Assembly: GCA_902777355.1 (NCBI GenBank)
Contig: CACYTU010000009.1
Coordinates: forward strand, 26,101 to 90,100
Origin: an uncultured Lachnospiraceae bacterium
GTDB taxonomy: Bacteria > Bacillota > Clostridia > Lachnospirales > Lachnospiraceae
Reading direction: 5' to 3'
DNA: 64,000 bases
The first letter of the stretch is position 1, and each line of letters starts with the position of its first letter. Under the pieces are notes generated by a model. It was not told where the DNA came from, searched no databases, and saw only the letters and a list, made by a program, of their open reading frames with translations. Of this stretch, positions 19,772 to 30,155 are shown piece after piece. The position numbers and the translations under genes were made by a program.

Positions 19772-21916
19772 ATGGATTTTACGCCGAGAACACAGCAGAT
19801 TCTGGAGATTCTGCTGGGAGGAAAAGGACCTGTTTCCAAGCAGGAGATTGCTGACACTCTGGGGGTCAGCAAACGGACAATCCAGCGGGAATTCGGTTTC
19901 CTGGAAAATGATATAAAAAAATACGGACTTCGCCTTGTAAACAGGAAGGGGAAGGGAATTGTCATAGCGGGAGAACTGCAGAATATTGAAAAGCTTCGCC
20001 GGGAGATTGAGCAGAACAGCGGTGTGGAGGCGGCAGGCCGCGAAGAGCGCCGCAGGCACCTGCTCTTTGAGCTTCTTCGTGACCGGGAACCCAGAAAGCT
20101 CTATTATTACAGCGAGATGCTGGGGGTCAGTGAGACCACGGTCGCCAATGATATGGAGGCTCTCGGGGACTGGTTTTCAAGGAATAATCTGGAAGTCATC
20201 CGCAGACCCGGCTACGGTGTAGTCCTGGGCGGAACGGAGAGTGACTACCGCGAAGCCATGCGGCGCTTTATTCACGAGAGTGAATGGCAGAAATCCGAGA
20301 AGAGGATCTATGGCGGAAACGCAAAGAGAAGCCGGGATGCCGAAGAAGCGGTCACGGACATCGTTCTGAGCGCGGCGGACAGCGGAATCTATTCATTATT
20401 AAACAATGATATTCTGACCAGAGTGTACGGGGTTCTGGCCAATATGGATGAGCCCATGCTGCATCAGCTGGCCGACAATGCCCTGACCGGTCTGGCGATC
20501 CATATAGCCATCGCGATTGACCGTGTGCAGAAGGGCGCGGTCCTGGAGGCCAATGAGAAAGGCCTGGAGGATCTGGCTTCCTGGGAAGGCTATGATCTTG
20601 CCTCCAGAATTCTGCAGCAGATGGAAGAGGAGTTTGAAATCACGATTCCCGGAGTGGAGCTCTCCTATATACTTCTCCATCTGCGGGGATCCAAAATCGC
20701 CTATTCCGGTACCGCGGGAGACAAAAAATCCGGTGATGACGCCGTGATCAGGCAGATGAGGGGTATCGATGAGGAAAAACTGCTGGATATCATCGATGAG
20801 ATGATCGAAATCTTCAATCCCACGATTTCCTATGAACTCAAGTGCGACGAGGATTTCGTCCGCGGTCTGCTGGTCCACCTGCGGCCGGTCATCATACGCC
20901 TGTATAATCATATGAATATTTTTAATCCGATCCTCAAGGATATCCGGGAGGAATATCCGGATGTCTTCAGGCGCTGCGCCCTTGCCTCCAAGGTTATTGA
21001 GAGGGAAGTGAGGGAAGTGGTCCACGACGAGGAGATCGGATTCCTGGCCATGCATTTCGGCGCTGCTGAAGAGAGGATTCTGGAGCGGCAGAAAGCTGCA
21101 AGGCGGGTCGTAATCGGCGTGATCTGCGCAAGCGGTTTCGGCGTCGCCAGGCTCATGCTGACCAAGCTCAGCAATCACCTGGGAGACAAGGCCACTTTCC
21201 GCGCCTACGGCAAGGACGAGATTACCCCGGATGTAATTGCGGACACAGACTTCTTTGTCTCCACCCTGAATCTGGACTCGCTGGGTATCGACTGTGTGAG
21301 GGTAAGCCCCCTTATCACTGCCAGCGACCTGTCCCAGATCGAGTACCGCATCAAGGGATACGGACAGGTGCGGCGCCGCCGCCAGGACACGAACTTTGTC
21401 CGCCAGATGGACGAAGTCGGTGTGATCGCGGGAGACCTGTCTTCCCTGATCCGCAAATACCGCCATTATGAGATTGCCCCCAACGTCAGCTTCCGGGAGC
21501 TTCTGCGTGTGCTCTCCATGCAGGTGACAGACAGCCTGGCGGCGGCCTCAAAGGTCATCGATACAGTGACGGAAAGGGAACGTCTCAATTCTCAGATCTT
21601 CCCGGAACTGGGATTCTGCCTCCTTCACTCCAGGACGGATGCTGTCAGGGATACAGTCTTTGTGAGCTGTTCCCCCCGCGGACATGACCACTTCTCTGAC
21701 AAGGGATTAAAGGGAATTCGCGCGGCTGTCCTCATGCTCATGCCCATCGATGACCATCGCAGCATACATGCGGAAGTGCTGGGCAGGATCAGCTCGGCCT
21801 TTATCAAGAATGAAGTGTTCCTTGAGGCGGTCCAGAACGGAAAACAGGACGTTGTCCGCACTGAACTCACTCACGAACTGCGCACATTCTTCTCCGAATA
21901 CGTAGAGAAAATTTGA
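19772..21916 (+). CDS. mtlR: PRD-containing BglG/MtlR-type transcriptional activator
   Basis: Two HTHs, PRD His motifs (LAIHIAIAI, YILLHL, LLVHL, FLAMHF), EIIB-like CASGFG, EIIA-like LLHSR; mannitol operon downstream. Confidence 0.8.
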   Translation: MDFTPRTQQILEILLGGKGPVSKQEIADTLGVSKRTIQREFGFLENDIKKYGLRLVNRKGKGIVIAGELQNIEKLRREIEQNSGVEAAGREERRRHLLFELLRDREPRKLYYYSEMLGVSETTVANDMEALGDWFSRNNLEVIRRPGYGVVLGGTESDYREAMRRFIHESEWQKSEKRIYGGNAKRSRDAEEAVTDIVLSAADSGIYSLLNNDILTRVYGVLANMDEPMLHQLADNALTGLAIHIAIAIDRVQKGAVLEANEKGLEDLASWEGYDLASRILQQMEEEFEITIPGVELSYILLHLRGSKIAYSGTAGDKKSGDDAVIRQMRGIDEEKLLDIIDEMIEIFNPTISYELKCDEDFVRGLLVHLRPVIIRLYNHMNIFNPILKDIREEYPDVFRRCALASKVIEREVREVVHDEEIGFLAMHFGAAEERILERQKAARRVVIGVICASGFGVARLMLTKLSNHLGDKATFRAYGKDEITPDVIADTDFFVSTLNLDSLGIDCVRVSPLITASDLSQIEYRIKGYGQVRRRRQDTNFVRQMDEVGVIAGDLSSLIRKYRHYEIAPNVSFRELLRVLSMQVTDSLAAASKVIDTVTERERLNSQIFPELGFCLLHSRTDAVRDTVFVSCSPRGHDHFSDKGLKGIRAAVLMLMPIDDHRSIHAEVLGRISSAFIKNEVFLEAVQNGKQDVVRTELTHELRTFFSEYVEKI

Positions 21917-22063
21917 GCCGCCTGCACAGGAACGGACTGTGTAAACGGGGACAGTCAGCTGTTCTGTTTCTCTATTATCAATCGTTATTAATAGTGATAC
22001 TTTGCTGCACACAGCAGCTGTCAAAAATAATTAATAATGAGACGCTGCCGCACACAGCATCTG

Positions 22064-22099
22064 TCAAAAAAATCCGGCCGAAAAGCCGGATTTTTTTGA
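22064..22099 (+). terminator. rho-independent terminator
   Basis: TCAAAAAAATCCGGC-CGAAAA-GCCGGATTTTTTTGA. Confidence 0.75.
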
Positions 22100-22393
22100 T
22101 TTGATATTTTAATCTTTGAATTTTAAACAGGAGATTTTTTAAACAGGAGAGTTTTTTAAACCGGAATGTTTTTTAACCAGTAATGTTTTAACAGCAATAT
22201 TGTTGCCCACAAGGCGAAAAACAGGAATCAGACCCGTTTCAGGAGACCTGGCGGGACATGCTCTGTAAAAACCGGTTTTCCCGGAGACATTTCAAAATAT
22301 CAAAGGCCTCTGAAATTGCACCCGGGACATTACGGTTCAACTGAAATTGATCCCCGTGATATTATGGGGCAATCGAACCAGAATCCGGCAACC

Positions 22394-23875
22394 TTATTTC
22401 TTCTCCTTGCAGGCCTTTTTCAGAGATTCGACCACAATTCGAAGGGCCTTGATCCGGGCATATTTCTTGTCATTGGATTCAAGGATGTACCAGGGCGCGA
22501 AGGAGGTATTGGTCTTTTGCAGCATTTCATTGACAGCTTCTTCGTACTGGTCCCATTTCTCGCGGTTGCGCCAGTCTTCGTCGGTGATTTTCCACTGCTT
22601 CTCCGGAGTGTTCTGGCGGTCTGTGAAGCGCTCCAGCTGTGTCTGGTTGTCGATCTGTACCCAGAATTTGATGACGACTGCGCCCCAGTCAGCCAGTTCC
22701 TTCTCAAATTCATTCATTTCGTTGTATGCGCGCTGCCAGTCATTTTCGGAGCAGAAGCCCTCCAGGCGCTCGACCATGACGCGGCCGTACCATGTCCTGT
22801 CAAAGATGGCTATATGACCATCCTTTGGCAGACGTGTCCAGAAGCGCCACAGGAAATGTCTGGCTTTCTCATGCGGCTCCGGACTGGCTATGGGAAGGAC
22901 CTGGTAGCCGCGGGGATCCAGGGCAGCGGTGATACGCTTGATGTTGCCGCCTTTGCCTGCCGCGTCCCATCCCTCATAAGCTATGATGACCGGGATTTTT
23001 TTGCGGTAGAGCTCGTTGTGCAGATCACGCAGTTTTTTCTGCAGGCGGTCCAGCTCTTTTCTGTATTCCTCATCGGTAATGGTCTTGTCTGAGAGTGAGA
23101 TCTCGGACAGAAGAGGAGTGCGGTTTAAGCGGAATGTATTCTGCAGGATGGGGGCGGCGAGCGCGTGGTTCTTGAGCGCTGTGTCGATTCCCTGATTCAG
23201 AAAGCGCAGCACCTGCAGTTCGGCCCACTTTTTATCCTGCGCGTCGATGATATACCAGGGGGCCGCGGAGCGGTTGGTGTCTTCCAGATAGCGGTCGTAC
23301 ACTTCCAGGTATTCGTTGTAATGTTCGTTCTCGTGGAGATCGTCCTCGTTTACCCGCCAGCGTGTGTTTTTGTTCTCCTCAAGGTAGCGCAGACGTTTTT
23401 TCTGAAGCTTCTTGCTGATATGGAAGAAAAATTTCATGACCAGGTAGCCGTTGTTGGTCAGAGACCGCTCTGTTGTATTAATACTTTTTACCCGGCGGGC
23501 GTAGGTCGCGTCATCGATCTCGCCCTGCATTTTCTGTGTGACGACTTCCTCCATCCAGAAGTCATCGAAAAAGACAAACTTGCCGGCCTCGGGAATCTCT
23601 TTCATATACCTGTACAGGAAGGGATAACGCAGCTCTTCTGCCGTGGGCTGCGCCATGGTCTTGACAACAAAGAAGCGGGGGTCAATGCTGCGGATGACAC
23701 GTCCGATCACGCTTCCCTTTCCGGCGGCGCCCCATCCCTCAAAAATGACCATTACAGGCAGCTTTGCTTTTTTGATCTTCGTCTGATATACGGCGAGCTT
23801 TTCTCTGGCCTGCTTCACTTCCTGTGAAATAACATCGTCTTCAGGTCGTTTGGCTTTGACAAAATCTTTTAACAT
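22394..23875 (-). CDS. pap: polyphosphate:AMP phosphotransferase (two-domain PPK2)
   Basis: Duplicated PPK2 motifs FEGWGAAGKG and YEGWDAAGKGG, FDRTWYGRVMVER, WKITDEDWRNREKW. Confidence 0.9.
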   Translation of the reverse strand: MLKDFVKAKRPEDDVISQEVKQAREKLAVYQTKIKKAKLPVMVIFEGWGAAGKGSVIGRVIRSIDPRFFVVKTMAQPTAEELRYPFLYRYMKEIPEAGKFVFFDDFWMEEVVTQKMQGEIDDATYARRVKSINTTERSLTNNGYLVMKFFFHISKKLQKKRLRYLEENKNTRWRVNEDDLHENEHYNEYLEVYDRYLEDTNRSAAPWYIIDAQDKKWAELQVLRFLNQGIDTALKNHALAAPILQNTFRLNRTPLLSEISLSDKTITDEEYRKELDRLQKKLRDLHNELYRKKIPVIIAYEGWDAAGKGGNIKRITAALDPRGYQVLPIASPEPHEKARHFLWRFWTRLPKDGHIAIFDRTWYGRVMVERLEGFCSENDWQRAYNEMNEFEKELADWGAVVIKFWVQIDNQTQLERFTDRQNTPEKQWKITDEDWRNREKWDQYEEAVNEMLQKTNTSFAPWYILESNDKKYARIKALRIVVESLKKACKEKK

Positions 23876-23974
23876 AAGAGCACCTCTTTCTGCAAAAAAA
23901 CCGGCAGCTGTGCTGCTTTGATAAGTTAAGGCATTGGAACCAGTCATGGAACAGGCTCGCGAAAATGCATGGCA

Positions 23975-24121
23975 TTTTTGCTCGCTGACTTATCGATTCC
24001 TTCGGAATCTGCGTCTTTTGCTCCGCAAAATCTTTTTGCTCGCTGACTTATCGATTCCTTCGGAATCTGCGTCTTTTGCTCCGCAAAATCCGCGGAAGCA
24101 CGAAGTGCTTCCGATAAGTCA
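23975..24121. repeat. 58-bp tandem duplication merging into a four-arm palindromic (REP-like) element
   Basis: Identical units at 23975-24032 and 24033-24090; closing stem TGACTTATCG (24044-53)/CGATAAGTCA (24112-21). Confidence 0.85.
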
Positions 24122-24611
24122 TATTATATCAGATTTGACAACAATTCCCCATATTATCTGAAAAATAAATGCGGAAATCGGCAGGTCGTCTTGCTGGTCC
24201 TGGTCCTTTTTTGTGAGTTCACTGCTCTCTTTATGCAGATATGGGCAGCCAGGGAATTTGTTATCGGTTTTACGGATATAAGTGTGCGGCGCGGAGCGGA
24301 CTCTGCCGGTCGGGATGATTGCGGTCACGATATGTTATCGGTTTTGCGCTGTAATCTGTGTGTCATGGAACTGACTCTGCTGCCCTGAACGGGCGGATCC
24401 ATCATGTCACTTTTGCATGGCAATTATGTCACGTTAGAGTAGGTTAATGATAACGATTTCACTTTTTGAATAGGTCAAAATTGACCTGCTATGGAATAGA
24501 AGATAAAAATAATACGCATAAATTACGCATTTAAATGTGGAAACAGAAAATCAATAGGATGATTTTGATATTTTTTGTTTGTCCATTTTCGTGTCTGACA
24601 TTAAAGAAGCA

Positions 24612-24635
24612 TTTGTCACTTTTGAAAGTGACAAA
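24612..24635. promoter_or_regulatory. inverted repeat, candidate MtlR operator
   Basis: TTTGTCACTTT-TG-AAAGTGACAAA about 125 bp upstream of mtlA. Confidence 0.5.
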
Positions 24636-24760
24636 GTCGATTTACTATTCATTGCATTATGTTATTGTGCAGACATATAATGGGTTCAACGAGGTGATGA
24701 ACAGGACATGCAAAACCACCTGTTCATTCCAAAAATCACTGTTGTTACATAAAGGAGGTA

Positions 24761-26629
24761 ATGATGAAAGAAAGAGTTCAATCATTTGGACGGTTCCTCA
24801 GCGGCATGGTCATGCCCAACATCGGCGCATTCATCGCCTGGGGACTTATCACAGCACTTTTCATCGCGACCGGCTGGGTTCCGAATGAGAAGCTGTCAAC
24901 CATGGTCAGCCCTATGCTGTCCTACGTGCTCCCGATCCTGATCGCTTATACAGGCGGTAGGATGGTGGGCGGCGCCCGAGGCGCTGTCATGGGCGCGATC
25001 GCCTGCGTCGGTGTTGTCTGCGGTGCTCCCGATTATCCCATGCTGATGGGCGCCATGCTGATCGGCCCTCTGGGCGGTCTGGTGATCAAGAAATTTGACC
25101 AGGCAGTCGAAGGCAAGATTCCCGCTGGTTTCGAGATGTTGGTCAACAACTTCTCCGTAGGTATCCTGGGCATGCTCCTCGCGATCGTAGGCTTCTACCT
25201 GATCGGACCTATCATGGCAGCAGTTCTGGTCTTCCTGCAGGGCGGTGTTGACATCCTGGTCAAGATGGGACTTCTTCCCCTGGTTTCCGTCTTCGTCGAG
25301 CCCGCAAAGGTCCTGTTCCTCAACAACGCGATCAACCATGGTATCTTCACACCTCTCGGCGCTCAGCAGGCTGAGACCATGGGCAAATCCATCTTCTACA
25401 TGATCGAGACCAACCCCGGCGCAGGTGCTGGTGTCCTGCTCGCTTACTGGATGTTCGCAAAGGATAAGATGACAAGAGATTCCGCTCCCGGCGCTCTGAT
25501 CGTCCATGTTCTCGGCGGTATCCACGAGATTTACTTCCCCTATGTTCTGATGAACCCCCTGCTTCTGCTTGCCACCATCGGCGGCTCTGTAGCAGCTATG
25601 TTCTTCAACACCATCTTCAACGTTGGTCTTGTCAGCCCTGCATCTCCCGGTTCCATCCTGGCTATGCTGGCAGTGGCACCCAGAGGCGGCCAGATCATGG
25701 TCATCATCAGCTTCCTGATCGGCACAGCTGTTTCCTTCCTGATCGCTGCTCCTATCATCAAGATGTCCAACGGCGGCGCAAGCCTCGAGGACGCTCAGTC
25801 CCAGATGTCCGATATGAAGGCTGCTTCCAAGGGCCAGGGCGGCGCTTATGCAGCTACTGAAGACGGCGGCGAAGTCGACCTCAGAACTCTTGACAAGATC
25901 GTCTTTGCATGTGACGCAGGCATGGGATCCTCCGCTATGGGCGCTGCAGTCCTGCAGAAGAAACTCGAAGCTGCCGGCCTCGGCAACATCAAGGTCCAGC
26001 ACTTCTCCGTATCCGAAGTTCCCGCAGGCATCAAGTTCGTCGTCTGCCACCAGGATCTGGTGGAGCGCGCCAGAAAGTCTGCTCCTTCCGCAAGGATCGT
26101 CACGATCAGCAACTTCATGAATGCTCCTCAGTACGATCAGATCGTCCAGGAGATCCTGGATGCCAAGTCCAATAAGAACGTTGCAAACGCAGGCGGCCAT
26201 GACTTCCACGGCGGCGTCCTGCTCAAGAAGAACATCATCCTCAACAACGCACCTGTTGACAAAGAGACCGCGATCCGCACAATCGGTAAGCTCCTCGTTG
26301 ACAGCGGCTATGTCACAGAGAAGTACGTCGACGGCATGGTTGCCAAGGAAGACGTCTTCAACACTGCAATCGGCAACAACCTGGCTATCCCTCACGGTAT
26401 CGAGAGCGTCATCGGTGAGATCAAGAACTCCGGTCTCGCGATCATGACCTATCCCGATGGAATCGACTGGGGCGATGGCGAGATCGTCAAACTGGTCATC
26501 GCAGTTGCATCTGCCGGCGACGACCATGTCGAGACCCTCGGCAAGATCGCTATGACCTGCGAGTCCGAAGAAGCAGTCGACCGCATCATCCACTTGAGCG
26601 TCGATGAGATCTATGATCTGTTCGCATAA
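24761..26629 (+). CDS. mtlA: PTS mannitol transporter EIICBA
   Basis: VQSFGRFLSGMVMPNIGAFIAWG, FLNNAINHGI, GGIHEIYFPYV, FACDAGMGSSAMGA, LAIPHG. Confidence 0.96.
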   Translation: MMKERVQSFGRFLSGMVMPNIGAFIAWGLITALFIATGWVPNEKLSTMVSPMLSYVLPILIAYTGGRMVGGARGAVMGAIACVGVVCGAPDYPMLMGAMLIGPLGGLVIKKFDQAVEGKIPAGFEMLVNNFSVGILGMLLAIVGFYLIGPIMAAVLVFLQGGVDILVKMGLLPLVSVFVEPAKVLFLNNAINHGIFTPLGAQQAETMGKSIFYMIETNPGAGAGVLLAYWMFAKDKMTRDSAPGALIVHVLGGIHEIYFPYVLMNPLLLLATIGGSVAAMFFNTIFNVGLVSPASPGSILAMLAVAPRGGQIMVIISFLIGTAVSFLIAAPIIKMSNGGASLEDAQSQMSDMKAASKGQGGAYAATEDGGEVDLRTLDKIVFACDAGMGSSAMGAAVLQKKLEAAGLGNIKVQHFSVSEVPAGIKFVVCHQDLVERARKSAPSARIVTISNFMNAPQYDQIVQEILDAKSNKNVANAGGHDFHGGVLLKKNIILNNAPVDKETAIRTIGKLLVDSGYVTEKYVDGMVAKEDVFNTAIGNNLAIPHGIESVIGEIKNSGLAIMTYPDGIDWGDGEIVKLVIAVASAGDDHVETLGKIAMTCESEEAVDRIIHLSVDEIYDLFA

Positions 26630-26798
26630 TGGCAGTCTGACAGTCTGAACTGAAGAGCTGCTCATACAGCTGAAACCTGACCATGTGCCTTTGACCGGCA
26701 CCTGGTCATGACACAGGGAAATGGTTCTGCCTGCCGCTTCCGGAAACGGAGACGCGGCGGGCAGATTTAAAAAACTTGAAAAAAACAGGAGGAAAAGG

Positions 26799-27953
26799 AT
26801 GAAAAAAGCAGTACATTTCGGCGCAGGTAAGATCGGACGCGGCTTTATTGCAGAGCTTCTGCATGACAGCGGATATGAAATCGTATTCGGCGATGTCGTT
26901 GACGCTCTGGTAGATATCGTCAACAAGGATCACGAATATCCCCTCTTCCTGATCGATCACGATTATCAGGAAAAGATCATCGACCATGTTATCGCTTATT
27001 CCAATATCAAAGAGCCTGAGAAGATCATCGATGCGATCTGTGAAGCTGAAGTCATCACAACTTCTGTTATGGCAACCAACCTGCCCAAGATCGCTCCCCT
27101 TCTGACCCAGGGTCTCAAGAAGAGACTGGAGCAGGGTGGCAGCAAGACCACTGTCATGGCCTGCGAAAATGCCATCATGGGCACAGATATCCTGAAGAAG
27201 GCCATGATCGAGACCGGCATCCTCACCGAGGAGCAGATCGATGAGATCGCCGTTTATCCCAACACTGCAGTCGACCGCATGGTCTTCGGCGGCGTACACA
27301 ACGGCAAAGAAGGTATCGAGATCGGCGACGCTTTCGAGCTGGCCATCGAGAGAGGCAAACTTATCGATCCCGACTCCGAGCCCATCAAGGGCGCAGAGTA
27401 TGTCGATGACCTTATGATGTATCTGCAGAGAAAGATCTACATCATCAACTGCGGCCACGCGATCGCAGGCTACTATGGCCAGGCGCTCAAGGGCTACGAG
27501 ATCGTTCAGGACGCTCTGCGCGATCCCGATCTGCTTCCCCAGATCCGTGCCGCTATGCTGGAGTCCGCTTCCGCTCTGGAGAAGAAGTACGGCTTCACTC
27601 ATGAGTCCCTGGTAGATTACATGGAGACCATGATGGTGAAACGCTTCACCACTCCCGGCGTCGTAGATCCCATTGCACGCGTTTCCCGCGAGCCGATCCG
27701 CAAGATCTCTCCTAACGACCGTATCATGGGCCCTGCCAACAACTGCGAAGCATACGGACTGGACAACTCCTACCTGCTCAAGGGCGTGGCATGCGCACTG
27801 AAGTTCAAGGCTGAGGACGATCCTCAGGCGGATGAGCTGCAGAAGTATATCGCTGACAATGGCGTTGAGGCTGCCATCGTCAAGTATACCGGCGTCGAGA
27901 AAGACAGCCGCATGTACAACAAGATTCTTGAGGAGTACAAGAAGCTCGGCTGA
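26799..27953 (+). CDS. mtlD: mannitol-1-phosphate 5-dehydrogenase
   Basis: AVHFGAGKIGRGFI, MACEN, AVDR, RKIYIINCGHA, RVSREPIRK. Confidence 0.95.
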   Translation: MKKAVHFGAGKIGRGFIAELLHDSGYEIVFGDVVDALVDIVNKDHEYPLFLIDHDYQEKIIDHVIAYSNIKEPEKIIDAICEAEVITTSVMATNLPKIAPLLTQGLKKRLEQGGSKTTVMACENAIMGTDILKKAMIETGILTEEQIDEIAVYPNTAVDRMVFGGVHNGKEGIEIGDAFELAIERGKLIDPDSEPIKGAEYVDDLMMYLQRKIYIINCGHAIAGYYGQALKGYEIVQDALRDPDLLPQIRAAMLESASALEKKYGFTHESLVDYMETMMVKRFTTPGVVDPIARVSREPIRKISPNDRIMGPANNCEAYGLDNSYLLKGVACALKFKAEDDPQADELQKYIADNGVEAAIVKYTGVEKDSRMYNKILEEYKKLG

Positions 27954-28439
27954 TGAGTCAACTGACAAGTTTGTTTATTTAGATTCTTAGTTACAATATG
28001 ACCTGTATTCAGGGCAGTACTGCCCGATTTGCCCGGTATAGGATCATATTGCTGAGATTATGAGACGGCTCTCCCTGATGCCGCCGTTCACGGCGGGCAG
28101 GGAGAGCCTTCTTCATTTTCTCTGAACGAACCGTGTTTCTCTAAATGAACCGTGTCCGCCCTATGGCGGAAAAAACAGCCGCAGGATATATCCACAGGAC
28201 AGAGGGAGGGTGCCATCCTCTTCCAGGAAACGGTCTGTGTCCGCTGCAAGGCGGAAAATGAAGCGCATGGGCTGCAGCAGCGGCAGTATTGGCATAAACA
28301 AAGTGTAATAAACAAAGGGAGGCATTTCCCCTGAGGGAAATGCCTCCAGAATAATTTCAGATATGAAATCGTGCGGCATATAGTGCCGCAATGTCCTCAG
28401 GCGGCTGCGAGCAGCCCGGAAGACTTATGAAGAGATCGA

Positions 28440-29303
28440 TCAGGCCTTGCCGGCGCAGCCGAAAACTTCGATTTTGTACTTGACCATGTCAACGATGCCC
28501 TGTGCGCCGGGAGCGAGGAGCTTACGAGGGTCATAGCCCTTGCCCTGAATATCCTTGCCTGCCTCGATGTAGGCTCTGGTCTTCTCCGCGAATGCGAGCT
28601 GGCACTCGGTGTTGACGTTGATCTTGGAGACGCCGCGTCTGATGGCATCCTGAACCATAGCATCCGGAATTCCGGAGCCGCCGTGCAGAACGAGGGGCAT
28701 TGTGCCGACTTTTGCCTTGATCGCATCGAGAACGTCGAAGCGAAGTCCCGGCCATCCTTCGGGATATTTGCCGTGGATGTTGCCGATGCCTGCTGCCAGC
28801 ATTGTGATGCCGAGATCAGCGATGGTCTTGCACTCCTCGGGATCTGCGCACTCGCCCAGACCTACAACGCCGTCTTCCTCGCCGCCGATGGAGCCGACCT
28901 CAGCTTCGATGGACATGCCCTTCTCATTGCAGATGGCAACGAGCTCTTTGGTCTTCTCGATGTTCTCATCGAAAGGAAGAGAGGAGCCGTCGAACATGAT
29001 GCTGGAGAAACCAGCCTCGATGCAGGCCTTGCAGCCAGCGTATGTGCCGTGGTCAAGGTGAAGTGCTACCGGAACAGTAGTCTTCTGGAATTCCATAACG
29101 TTTTTGACGATGTCGGCAACGTTCTTAAAGCCAGCCATGTACTTGCCGGCACCCTCGGAAACCTGAACGATAACGGGAGCGCGCATTTCCTCTGCGGCCT
29201 GCAGAATCGCCTTTGTCCACTCAAGGTTGTTGGTGTTGAATGCACCGATTGCATAGTGTCCGGCATAAGCGGCCTGAATCATTTCTTTTGCAGAAACTAA
29301 CAT
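28440..29303 (-). CDS. fba: class II fructose-1,6-bisphosphate aldolase
   Basis: AIGAFNTNNLEW, ALHLDHG, GIGNIHGKY, LVLHGGSG, GYDPRKLL; strongly biased codon usage. Confidence 0.95.
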   Translation of the reverse strand: MLVSAKEMIQAAYAGHYAIGAFNTNNLEWTKAILQAAEEMRAPVIVQVSEGAGKYMAGFKNVADIVKNVMEFQKTTVPVALHLDHGTYAGCKACIEAGFSSIMFDGSSLPFDENIEKTKELVAICNEKGMSIEAEVGSIGGEEDGVVGLGECADPEECKTIADLGITMLAAGIGNIHGKYPEGWPGLRFDVLDAIKAKVGTMPLVLHGGSGIPDAMVQDAIRRGVSKINVNTECQLAFAEKTRAYIEAGKDIQGKGYDPRKLLAPGAQGIVDMVKYKIEVFGCAGKA

Positions 29304-30155
29304 TTTGAAATCCTCCTTCATAAAATGAGTTCTGAGATCGTAAGGCAAAACCAACAGACAGCAGATGCTGTGAGCAGTTCAGCCACTTCAGTTTATTATA
29401 TATTGAAATCTCCGAAAATAAAAGATGATTCAAAGGGTTTTTTGGTTATTTTATATAGTAATTGTTACTTTTCAGACCGGTACGAAATTCGAGGCGTTTT
29501 TTGCGACAATGCGAAGCTTTTACAATGCGAAGCAGTGTGTTTTTTTCACGGAAAACCCGGGTTGTACCGCATGCGGCCAGCCTTCCGCCGCCGGACCCGG
29601 GGAGTTTCCCCGCCTGCTCCGGCGCAGAAACTGATTACAGGAGAGGGAAAGAAAATGGAAAAGTCTGAGACAGCAGCCCGAGACAGCAAAAAAGGTTGAG
29701 ATAACAAGAAATCATAAAAATATATGATAACAAAAAATCATAAAAGTTTGAGTTAACAAAAATTCAGGTATTGCAATTATGAGTATTGAATAGTATACTG
29801 GCTGAAATCTACCCAAAAACAGTCCTGATAAATGAAAACAGTCCTGATAAATGCAGGAACAGCGTGTGTTTACAGGACAGCGGGAACAGCACGTGTTTAC
29901 AGTACATATGCTCAAAGCCCGTTCTGCCCCAGGAGTACAGTATCGCTGTGCCGGGAGCGTCCATATGCCGGAATCTCCTTGTTTTTAAGGTGTGTTCCGT
30001 CCCGGGCTGGCGTGAACTCATATTATGGTTTAGTTTTTATCACCGATTGTTCACTTGTCTCTGCTATGATTTCGATATCAGAAAGGGAAATTCCGGTATC
30101 TTTCATAGGAGTCTGTGAGCCCTGCTTATATTAAAGAAAGGAAAGGGAGTACTAT

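Noticed and set aside
24896-26926. Long antisense ORFs (676 aa here; also 8122-9453, 26706-27968, 30219-31673, 39248-40324, 55345-56778)
   Set aside because: They shadow well-recognised genes on the opposite strand and have no recognisable motifs; a codon-bias artefact.
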